DNA of 42,450 nt from NCBI GenBank assembly GCA_021791915.1, contig JAJYVQ010000003.1:1-42450 (forward strand). The letters run 5' to 3'. Below the pieces are notes generated by a model. It saw only the letters and a program-made list of their open reading frames with translations, searched no databases and was not told the origin of the DNA. A program made the translations under genes and the position numbers. The stretch comes from Actinomycetes bacterium. Its GTDB lineage: Bacteria; Actinomycetota; Acidimicrobiia; Acidimicrobiales; JABEUL01. Positions 17,928 through 26,189 of the stretch are shown one piece after another; position 1 is the first letter of the stretch; every line of letters begins with the position of its first letter.

Positions 17928-18788
17928 TTAGCTACCCTCGAACTTCGGTTCCCGCTTTTCAAAAAATGCACTGACAGCTTCAATCAAATCATTTGACATC
18001 AAATAAGCGGTGTTGTGCATAGCGACATCTTCTAAACCTCTGGATACCTCTTCAGCTAGGAAAGAAGTCACAGTTTTTTTAATACCTTTTACAGCCAAAG
18101 GAGAGTTTGAGGCAATCTGTTTTGCAACCGAAACTGCATAATCCATAGCATCTTCATAATCTTTGCCTACATAATTAATTAAACCAATGGCTTTTGCGTA
18201 CTCAGCGTCAATGTCTTTTCCGGTAAAAGCGAGTTCGTTTAGATGTCCGATTGAAATGATCTTGGGAAGTCTTTGAAGTGTTCCTAGGTCTGCGACCATT
18301 GCCATTTTGACTTCTCTGATTGAATAGATCGAATTTTGAGTACCGATTCTTATGTCGCAAGCAGATATCAGGTCAATGCCTCCTCCTAGGCAGTAACCTT
18401 GGATCACCGCAATGACAGGTTTTAAACATTGTTCTAGGCTAGATATCGAATTTTGAAGAAATTTTATGTTTTCGTAAAATTTCTTAAGATTAGTTGCTTG
18501 AGACGTCTTTTTCGACGGAGATGAGTTATTTGAAGTTTCCGACGTAAGTTCACCAAGCGAGCTTAAGTCCAATCCAGCACTGAAGTTGTCTCCTTTGGCG
18601 GTCAAAATGATTGCCCTGATTTCTTCAGAGTTGTCTAGATATTTGATAGCTTTGGGGAGGTTATTAAAAAAGTTCATATTCATCGCATTTTTCTTTTCGG
18701 GTCTGTTTACCCGAAGGATCGCAATATTATCGTCTAATTCAATTTCAAAACCGTTAAAGCTACTATTTTCATTATTTTGAGGTTCCAT
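17928..18788 (-). CDS. Enoyl-CoA hydratase/isomerase (crotonase; ECH1/dienoyl-CoA isomerase-like)
   Basis: NRPEKKNAM, FSAGLDL, KPVIAVIQGYCLGGGIDL, ADLGTLQRLP, AFFEKREPKFEG. Confidence 0.93.
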   Translation of the reverse strand: MEPQNNENSSFNGFEIELDDNIAILRVNRPEKKNAMNMNFFNNLPKAIKYLDNSEEIRAIILTAKGDNFSAGLDLSSLGELTSETSNNSSPSKKTSQATNLKKFYENIKFLQNSISSLEQCLKPVIAVIQGYCLGGGIDLISACDIRIGTQNSIYSIREVKMAMVADLGTLQRLPKIISIGHLNELAFTGKDIDAEYAKAIGLINYVGKDYEDAMDYAVSVAKQIASNSPLAVKGIKKTVTSFLAEEVSRGLEDVAMHNTAYLMSNDLIEAVSAFFEKREPKFEGS

Positions 18789-18884
18789 TGAATCTATTTT
18801 AGTTTTAGAAATACGTGAACTTAATCAAAGCCTACAATGTTAAAATTTATATTAAATATTTGATTTCATAGTTGAGGTTGGGTT

Positions 18885-20168
18885 CTGAGCGATACATTAA
18901 TAGATAAGATTAAGGCGGCTGTCGACGGCTCTGATGCAGTTAGCTGGATTAAAGAGTTTAGAAAAGATAGCTGCTCAAAATTAGAAAATGCTAAGTTGCC
19001 GACCTTAGAGTCTGAGGTATTTAAATTTTCCAAAATCCCAGAAGTCGAGCTGACCGAATTTGAGGTGCAAAAATCTGTTGGGAAGACAAGCCTTACTGAA
19101 ATAGAGAAACTATTAGCACAGCTTAACTACTCGCCAATTCAGGAACTGATTGATATCGGAGCGGTTGTAGTGATAACTTCTGACGGGAAGGTCTCAGATA
19201 TTATTGACAGGTCAAATAGCACGATCGTTTGTCAGAGTTCTGCGGGAAGTTTGCCTATAGATGTTACTGATAAACGCTTAGAGGAAACGGCATCTTATTT
19301 TGATTTACTTCATGGGAGCCTGATTGAAGATCTACTGTATGTTAGTTGCCCCAAGAATTCTAATATTGATAAGCCAGTGGTTATAGTTCACTTAGTTCGT
19401 GCGGAAAAATCTTTTATTGCACCTTTAGTTGTTGTCAAAGCAGGAGAGAATTCTGCGATCAGAGTTTGTGAGGTGTTTATATCTGAGGTTAACGACTCTT
19501 TTGTGATTCCAGTAACGTTGATTAATTTAGAGAAAAGCAGCAGAGTAAGTCATTTTAGATATCAACTGTTGTCACTTCAAAACATATTTGTGGCACTTCA
19601 ACTGAGCGAACAGGACGAAAATTCGCAACTGAGCAGCTTGTATCTTTCAGTTGGAAGCAAAATAGGAAGAATGAGAATAGATTCAGTTTTAAATGGGGCT
19701 GGTTCCGAAGCTCGCCTTGCTTCTGTAGGACACGGTAGATTTGACCAGAAGCTTGACTTAAGGACTAAACAGGATCATATCGGGCAGAGATCAATCTCTA
19801 GGATGACTTCGGCGATTGTCTTGGGAGGTAATGCCGAAAGCGTGACTACAGGTTTGGTTAAAATGCGAAAGGGTGCCAAAAGATCCGAAGCAATTCAGTC
19901 TAATAAAAATTTGCTGGTTTCTTCTGGTGCTAATGCAGAATCCGTACCGAACTTGGATATTTTAGAAAACGATGTGCGATGTGATCATGCTTCGTCGGTG
20001 GGTCCTATCGATTTAGACCAAGTTCATTATTTGGAGTCCAGGGGAGTTGAGACGAGAACGGCGAAGAAACTCATAATTAAAGGTTTCCTAAATTCAACCT
20101 TGGAGAGCTTGCCGAGTTCAAGCGAAACTCGGGTTGCTGGAGCGTTAATTCAGGGCTTGCCTGATTAA
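18885..20168 (+). CDS. sufD: Fe-S cluster assembly protein SufD; start probably upstream of the listed TTG at 18996
   Basis: LPTLESEVFKF, QDHIG, QSNKNLL, PNLDILENDVRCDHASSVG, HYLESRG. The frame is open back to 18876, with GAGG (18874-18877) 7 nt before CTG at 18885. Confidence 0.9.
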   Translation: MSDTLIDKIKAAVDGSDAVSWIKEFRKDSCSKLENAKLPTLESEVFKFSKIPEVELTEFEVQKSVGKTSLTEIEKLLAQLNYSPIQELIDIGAVVVITSDGKVSDIIDRSNSTIVCQSSAGSLPIDVTDKRLEETASYFDLLHGSLIEDLLYVSCPKNSNIDKPVVIVHLVRAEKSFIAPLVVVKAGENSAIRVCEVFISEVNDSFVIPVTLINLEKSSRVSHFRYQLLSLQNIFVALQLSEQDENSQLSSLYLSVGSKIGRMRIDSVLNGAGSEARLASVGHGRFDQKLDLRTKQDHIGQRSISRMTSAIVLGGNAESVTTGLVKMRKGAKRSEAIQSNKNLLVSSGANAESVPNLDILENDVRCDHASSVGPIDLDQVHYLESRGVETRTAKKLIIKGFLNSTLESLPSSSETRVAGALIQGLPD

Positions 20169-20191
20169 CAGGTTAAGAAAATGGAAATTTC

Positions 20192-20515
20192 ATGAGCAAT
20201 TTTGTTGAACTAGCCAAACTAGATGACCTTAAAAATAATGGAGCTAGTAAAGTTTCGATTGACGGTCATACTCTGGCGGTCGTTAGGTTCGATTCTGATG
20301 TGTATATACTAGACGACAGATGTTCTCATCAAAACTATTCGCTTTCAGATGGTGTAGCCGACAGAGACGAACTGACCTTGGAATGCATAAAGCATGGCTC
20401 TACATTTTCACTTTTGGACGGTAACCCAACTTGTTTACCAGCAACTAGGCCTGTTAGGGTGTACGAAATAAAAGTTGATAATAACACCGTGTATGTGAAT
20501 TTGGGAGATAGTTAG
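20192..20515 (+). CDS. Rieske-type ferredoxin of the suf cluster
   Basis: CSHQ...LECIKHGSTF [2Fe-2S] motifs; lies between sufD and sufC as in actinobacterial suf operons. Confidence 0.92.
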   Translation: MSNFVELAKLDDLKNNGASKVSIDGHTLAVVRFDSDVYILDDRCSHQNYSLSDGVADRDELTLECIKHGSTFSLLDGNPTCLPATRPVRVYEIKVDNNTVYVNLGDS

Positions 20516-21226
20516 ATGGGATTGGAACTTAATATTCAGAGTTTAAACGTTGAAGTATCTGGGAAGCAAGTTTTGACCGGGTTAAATCTTAAAATAAAAC
20601 AGGGTGAAATTCATGCCATTATGGGTCCGAATGGTTCGGGAAAGTCCACTTTGGCTTCGTCGATATTAAAAAGACCTGGTTATGTGATTACTTCAGGTTC
20701 AATCTTTCTTGACGAAACCGAAATTACAGATAAATCGGCTTACGAGATTGCTAAATTGAAGCTTTTTGTTTCAACTCAAAATCCAATCGATGTTCCGGGT
20801 GTAAGCGTAATGGACCTCTTAAGAAATTCGACAACCACAGACAAGTCTGAAGCTGAGATCATGCAGTTAGCTGAATTGTTATCAATAAAAGGTGATATGT
20901 TAAACCGAGGTTTGAATGTGGAACTTTCCGGAGGGGAAAAAAAGAGATTAGATATTCTTCAAATGCTGGCATTGGAGCCTGCTGTATGTATTTTAGACGA
21001 GTTGGATTCCGGTCTTGATGTCGACGCTTTAGATGAGTTGGCCAAATTAGTTTATGATCTTTCTGCTGTAACTTCAATGACTGTCTTAGTTATTACTCAT
21101 TATGCGAGAATATTAAAGGTACTAAAACCCAGTAGTATTCACGTGCTCCAGCAAGGTAAAATAGTGAAAACCGGTGATTTTTCCTTAGCAGAAGAGCTTG
21201 AAGTAACTGGTTACGAAAAGTTTTAG
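20516..21226 (+). CDS. sufC: Fe-S cluster assembly ATPase SufC
   Basis: GPNGSGKST Walker A, LSGGEKKR, ILDELDSGLDVDAL, VITHY. Confidence 0.95.
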   Translation: MGLELNIQSLNVEVSGKQVLTGLNLKIKQGEIHAIMGPNGSGKSTLASSILKRPGYVITSGSIFLDETEITDKSAYEIAKLKLFVSTQNPIDVPGVSVMDLLRNSTTTDKSEAEIMQLAELLSIKGDMLNRGLNVELSGGEKKRLDILQMLALEPAVCILDELDSGLDVDALDELAKLVYDLSAVTSMTVLVITHYARILKVLKPSSIHVLQQGKIVKTGDFSLAEELEVTGYEKF

Positions 21227-21338
21227 TAACCAAAATTTTCAACTAAAACACTATTAGGCGGTAACCTATTTTTGAAAACGTTGTTTATGAGTGTATTTGT
21301 ATTAATTATTTCGGTTGTAAGTGTTATAAGTTAAGTAA

Positions 21339-21932
21339 CGGAAAGTCAAGTACAAATCGCTTAAGATTAACGGTTCTTCGCATTTTAATGGGGACTATGT
21401 ATGCAATAATTCCTCGGATATGTATTCACGATGCAAACTGCTGATATGGCAATTAGTTGGAAATTCTTGGGTTGAGTTGCCGGGATTTAGTTCAAGTCTT
21501 GGAATTCCAGATGTCTTTAGTATTAATCGGGGAAATGAATTGATTGCATTGCCACTAAATGACCATCTTGTTCCAACGTGGACTTATTCTGGTGGTAGTT
21601 GGGTTGATATAAATCCAAAATTTAGCTTTGGTGAAAATAGTGGAAGCTTACCACAATTCTTGGTCGCTTATACAGGTTCAAAATGCAACGAAGTAATGTT
21701 GTTGAATGACATTGCACTAAATCATAGGAAAACATTGTCATTTAGAACTTTTGTTTGGAAGAATAATTTGTGGAAATCGTTTGTAATATCGGATCAGTCA
21801 AATTCAAACGTTGGTTTTATGATCGAGAATGGATCCACTGCTGCGGAACTACCTGGTAAAGACGGTGTAGTAGTGATTGGTCCATCAAGTAATTCGCCAT
21901 CTCATATTGGTATGGCAGTATATAAATGCTAA
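21339..21932 (+). pseudogene. Probable 5'-damaged secreted or surface hypothetical protein (listed ORF 21420-21932)
   Basis: The frame is open upstream to 21339. A short signal-peptide-like ORF MSVFVLIISVVSVIS* lies just upstream in another frame. W-rich repeats (GNSWV, GGSWVDI, NNLWK) suggest a propeller fragment. Confidence 0.4.
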
Positions 21933-22183
21933 TTTATTTATTCAATAAATATGTGAGTAAAGTTTGAAAACGCTTCTGACAGCCAAGTGGCAAAAGTAGA
22001 TGCCATGGTGCCTGCTACACCTTATTATCGGATTATCAGACTATCAGAAAAGAAAATACTTGATAATAATGGTCGAGACTGGTAATTACAGAATAAATGA
22101 TGCAGACTCTTCATTGAAGAATTCAGATTTCATTCTTACTCGTACGATAGAAATAAGTTTGTTTGAGAGTTAAAAGGCTCAGT

Positions 22184-22852
22184 TCAGTCTGTTACATATA
22201 TAATGCCATCTGAAATAGCGAGATTTAGCTGTGTTAAGTTTGACGAAGCTGGACCTGATATAACTTGTCCAGTACTTAAGTCAAATTGTGATCCGTGACA
22301 AGGGCACTGAAAAATGGACTGTGACAGGTAGGGCTGAACCGTACATCCGGCATGAGGACACACAGCGTCAAAGGCAACAAATTTATTTGAAGAGAGGTGT
22401 AGAACATATGCAGGATCGCCCGAGATTGGGTCTGTAAAAGCCGCAATTTTTCCGATGGCTACCTGAGATGCTGGTCCAATCTCGGAACCAGAAACTGTCG
22501 TCTGAGGGGTTTGCGTAGGCGTAGAAGTACTTGGTGACGTTGATCCAGTACCAGTTGAACTCGGGGCATGTGATTGATTAGAAAGATTTAAAGTGTTGGA
22601 TGTCTGAGGCGGTGTATTGCTGGACATTAATCGACCGAATATGAATGAACCACCCGCAATCAAAAGAGCTCCTACAGCCGTATAGACTGTGCTTGAAGTC
22701 AAAAATCTTCGTCGATCTAAATCTATCTGTCTGCTTCTGTACCTGATGTTTGAGCTCTTATTTATATTATTGGCATAGTTGATTAAATAGGTTTCCAAAG
22801 AAAATAGATTTTGACGTCCCGCAATTATAAGTGGGATCCATGCGAAGAAAAA
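22184..22852 (-). pseudogene. 3' part of interrupted DoxX/DoxD-Rieske fusion gene (RR-FL motif, TM helix, S/T linker, Rieske domain)
   Basis: FAWIPLIIAG continues the DoxX domain; DRRRFL; CPHAGC...CPCHGSQF Rieske motifs. Confidence 0.9.
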
Positions 22853-22965
22853 GGTAGCGGGTCAATTTGACAACAATCCCACCATCTGCGGTTGTAGCAC
22901 TTAAATTGTATAATAATAACAAGATATAAATGGTCCACTGCATAAATAGCCAACTAGAAGATACA

Positions 22966-24156
22966 ATGATAAGAACTTTTAAATATCCACTTTATCCAAC
23001 TAAAAACCAAGTAGTTAAGTTAAATCACCTGCTTGCAACTCAGTGCGAACTGTATAACGCTGTACTAGAAGAAAGAATAGGACTCTATAAATGGAATAAG
23101 AAATCAGTGTCTTATTTTGACCAATGTAAAACACTGTCTCAATTAAAAGAAGTTAGACCAGATATTACTCAATATGGTATAACTGTAAACAGAGGAACGC
23201 TACAAAGACTAGATAGAGCTTTTAAGTCTTTTTACAGAAGATGTAAAACAGGTCAAAAAGCAGGGTTTCCAAGGTTTAAGTCTTTAAGTAGATGGGATTC
23301 CGTTGAATACATGGATAAATCTGGATGGACGATAAAAGAACCTGAAAAAAGAATAAAACTGTTAGGTATTGGAGATATTAAAGTAAAATTCACCAGAAAA
23401 CTAAAAGGTCTACCTAAAAATATAGTCATAAAGAAGGTAAATGATAAAAAATGGTATATTTCTATAGTTTGTACAGATATTACCCCTGAGATATTACCTC
23501 AAACCAAGAACGAAGTAGGAATTGATTTAGGGGTAGTAAATCAGGTTACTTTAAGTAATGGAACCTTAATAGAGGGTCAGCGATTGCTACAGAAAAGCCA
23601 AGACAAGTTAACATATCACAGCCAAAAGTTAGCTAAATGCAAAAAAGGTTCAAATAGAAGAAAAAAGGTTAAACAAAACCTATCTACTGTTCATAGGAAA
23701 ATAACTAACCAGAGAAAAGATTTTAATCATAAAATAAGTAGAGAATTAATAAACAACTTTGATTTAATAGTTCACGAAGATTTAAATATTAAAAATATGT
23801 CTAAATCCAATAAAGGAACTGTAGACAATCCAGGAATTAATAGACAACAAAAGAAAGGTTTAAATAGATCAATATTAGATGCAGGCTGGAGTCAATTACT
23901 TCAATTCATGTACTATAAAGCGGAAGAAGCTGATAGAACAATTATTGCAGTAAATCCACAATATACATCACAAAAGTGTTCACAGTGTAAATATATTTCA
24001 AAACAGAACCGAACAACTCAAAACAAGTTTAAATGCATACAATGTGGATATTTAGAAAATGCTGATATAAATGCAGCTAACAATATTTTAGAGGCCGGTA
24101 GGGCCTTACAGGATAGAACAGATTTGTCTGTTTTAGAATGTGTAGGATCAAATTGA
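22966..24156 (+). CDS. tnpB: RNA-guided endonuclease TnpB (396 aa from the likely ATG at 22966)
   Basis: N-terminal RTFKYPLYPT HTH region, GFPRFKS, RuvC-I GIDLG, RuvC-II VHEDL, zinc ribbon CSQC/CIQC, RuvC-III ADINAA; catalytic D-E-D intact. Confidence 0.96.
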   Translation: MIRTFKYPLYPTKNQVVKLNHLLATQCELYNAVLEERIGLYKWNKKSVSYFDQCKTLSQLKEVRPDITQYGITVNRGTLQRLDRAFKSFYRRCKTGQKAGFPRFKSLSRWDSVEYMDKSGWTIKEPEKRIKLLGIGDIKVKFTRKLKGLPKNIVIKKVNDKKWYISIVCTDITPEILPQTKNEVGIDLGVVNQVTLSNGTLIEGQRLLQKSQDKLTYHSQKLAKCKKGSNRRKKVKQNLSTVHRKITNQRKDFNHKISRELINNFDLIVHEDLNIKNMSKSNKGTVDNPGINRQQKKGLNRSILDAGWSQLLQFMYYKAEEADRTIIAVNPQYTSQKCSQCKYISKQNRTTQNKFKCIQCGYLENADINAANNILEAGRALQDRTDLSVLECVGSN

Positions 24157-24165
24157 CCCACTACC
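24091..24165 (+). ncRNA. Putative compact omegaRNA scaffold overlapping the tnpB 3' end and right TIR
   Basis: Stem-loops gaggcc-GGTAG-ggcctt (24091-24107), tagaacaga-tttg-tctgtttta (24114-24135) and ggatca-aat-tgaccc (24145-24159); terminal CTACC (24161-24165) is complementary to the first loop. Position matches known TnpB omegaRNAs, but expression is not shown. Confidence 0.45.
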
Positions 24166-24605
24166 AAGAAAAACACTATATCTGATCCAGTAAAGTATGG
24201 ATTTGAATGAAAGCTAACAGTCAAAAATAGCGACAAAGATATCAATAAGCCTCCAACGGCGGCGATTCTTGAAAAAAGTCCGATTATAGTACCAATTCCT
24301 ACTGACAACTCAGCTAGTGCAATTATAAAACCGATAAGACCCGCATAAGAGTGAAGTGGAATGAGAAAAGAACCGATGGGAGAATGATGCGAATATGCTT
24401 TAAACTGTTGTTGAATTGAGATCGGACTGTTGGGATTAAAAAATGCTGGGTTGGCCAATTTTTGTAGTCCCGCAAATATGAAAGTAATCCCTAAAAAGAC
24501 CCTTAGCGGTAGAATTGAGTAATCAAAACGGTCATATCCTTGACGATTTTGTGATCGCTCTTTAGTATCTGACAATTTATAGATATCATAGTTAGAATCT
24601 GACAT
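24166..24605 (-). pseudogene. 5' part of interrupted DoxX/DoxD-family membrane protein gene
   Basis: PLRVFLGITFIFAGLQKLANP...ELSVGIGTIIGLFSRIAA...FHSNPYFTGSDIVFF. The listed ORF 24018-24605 reads on into the inserted element, so its C-terminus is artefactual. Confidence 0.9.
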
Positions 24606-24799
24606 ATCACTCTATTGTAGTAAATCATTATTGATAAAGGCATTCACTGAACTACCAAAAAGTTAATGAATGTGGTAAATAAATTCGCTAGCTCAATTTT
24701 TACACAACAAAGTTTTACACAATATAATTAGGTATTTTATTTTCGTATATACGATAGGAACTAATTGAACAGTTAGGTTGATTAAAATTTATTCGTACC

Positions 24800-26068
24800 A
24801 TGAAACCAGTAAGCGACAAATTTAATAAAATACAGTCAATAGCAAAAAAGGCTTTTTCGGACCTATTCGATCAAAAAAGTGCTTTTGGGAGACTCGCTTT
24901 ACTACATATGCTGATGTCTGCTGGCGATACTCTGGTAACAATTTCATTAGCTGGTTCACTCTTTTTTTCTATTTCTCCCACGGCTGCAAGAAGCCATGTA
25001 ATTTTGTACTTGATAATTACAATGACACCCTTTTCGGTGGTGGCCCCGTTCTTAGGAGGATTGTTGGATCAAAGCAGGACTATGAGAAAAGGTCTTGTGT
25101 TGCTGTCTGCACTGAGCAGAGCTATTATATGTTTTTTTATGGCAGCCAATATAAACTCGCTTCTGTTGTTCCCGCTGGCATTTTTATATTTGGTGGCTTC
25201 AAAAATTTACATTGTCACCCGAGGTGCTTTGGTAAGTGAGACGATAAGCGGGGAATCAGATTTAGCGACGGTTAACGCAAGACTTGCATTTCTGGCGGGG
25301 ATTGCTGGAGTAGTGGTGTCCCCCGTGGGAGCGGGTATTTTGAAACTTTTTGGCTCGCAATGGGATTTGAGGGTTGATATATTGCTATTTTTAATTGGAA
25401 TTGGTGCTGGACTGAGGCTTACGAAAACGATATACCCCAGAAGGCGGGAAATTACTAAAAGACAAACCTACTTTAAAAAGTATTCGGAAAAACCACAGAT
25501 CAAGGGACTTTGGAACTCTCCCAGAGGTTTTTTAGCACTTTCGGCAATGTCAGTTCTTAGGGCTTCGGTCGGATTTTTGATATTTTTTTTGGCGTTTTAT
25601 TTAAGACGTGAAAATGCGTCACTTTGGATATACGGTTTGATTTTGACTTGTTCTGCCGTCGGTTCTATGATTGGTAATATATCGGTCCCACGATTGCGAA
25701 GGTTGCTTACTGAAGAGTATATAGTCTTGGTTGCTTTGATAACTGTTTGTATATTTTCGCTTATCATTGCATTTATCGGGGGACTTTTAATCAATGCTCT
25801 GTTGGCTTTTGTAGTAGCTGTCATGGTAGCTATTGCCAGACCTTCTTTGGACTCTATTGTTCAGCACCAAGTTCCGATTTTAGAGCAAGGTAAAGCATTT
25901 GCCAGAATCGAAACTCAATTGCAATTGGTATGGGTTCTCGGTGCCATCATACCAGTTATCTTTGCACTACCGTTAGTTGCTGGTCAGTTAATTTTAGCCG
26001 GGGTTACTGGAATCGGCGCAGCGTCTTATTTCTCTTCGAAGCTGGCTTTGGATCGTACAAAGCATTGA
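24800..26068 (+). CDS. MFS-fold membrane protein (actinobacterial family)
   Basis: About 12 TM segments; AGDTLVTISLAGSLFF; VAPFLGGLLDQ; GKAFARIET. Confidence 0.82.
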   Translation: MKPVSDKFNKIQSIAKKAFSDLFDQKSAFGRLALLHMLMSAGDTLVTISLAGSLFFSISPTAARSHVILYLIITMTPFSVVAPFLGGLLDQSRTMRKGLVLLSALSRAIICFFMAANINSLLLFPLAFLYLVASKIYIVTRGALVSETISGESDLATVNARLAFLAGIAGVVVSPVGAGILKLFGSQWDLRVDILLFLIGIGAGLRLTKTIYPRRREITKRQTYFKKYSEKPQIKGLWNSPRGFLALSAMSVLRASVGFLIFFLAFYLRRENASLWIYGLILTCSAVGSMIGNISVPRLRRLLTEEYIVLVALITVCIFSLIIAFIGGLLINALLAFVVAVMVAIARPSLDSIVQHQVPILEQGKAFARIETQLQLVWVLGAIIPVIFALPLVAGQLILAGVTGIGAASYFSSKLALDRTKH

Positions 26069-26081
26069 TTTTATACTATTT

Positions 26082-26128
26082 TTAGTTTTTATGAGTTAAT
26101 AAATTAGTTTTTATGAGTTAATAAATTA
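26082..26128. repeat. 22-bp tandem duplication ttagtttttatgagttaataaa x2
   Basis: Read directly, between convergent genes. Confidence 0.9.
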
Positions 26129-26189
26129 AATATTTGACCATCTATTGGAATTTAACTACTGGCTATAACAGATGATCTCAATTCATCGG

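Larger units (their letters stand above)
22853..24165 (+). mobile_element. Non-autonomous TnpB-only element with 18-bp terminal inverted repeats and 8-bp target-site duplication
   Basis: Left end ggtagcgggtcaatttga (22853-22870); right end tcaaattgacccactacc (24148-24165), 17/18 inverted match; aagaaaaa duplicated at 22845-22852 and 24166-24173; no transposase inside. Confidence 0.95.

Noticed and set aside
22860-22914. Sigma-70 promoters formed by the TIR hexamers (TTGACA inward, TTGACC outward)
   Set aside because: No -10 hexamer at 16-18 bp spacing in either direction; the TATAAT at 22909-22914 lacks a correctly spaced -35.
22853-24165. IStron (group I intron-TnpB) or canonical IS605/IS607 interpretation
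   Set aside because: tnpB is antisense to the host gene, there is no room or conserved core for a group I intron, no tnpA, no subterminal hairpin ends, and a clear TSD is present.
24018-24165. C-terminal extension of the listed 195-aa DoxX ORF
   Set aside because: It is read-through into the antisense strand of the inserted element, not native coding sequence.
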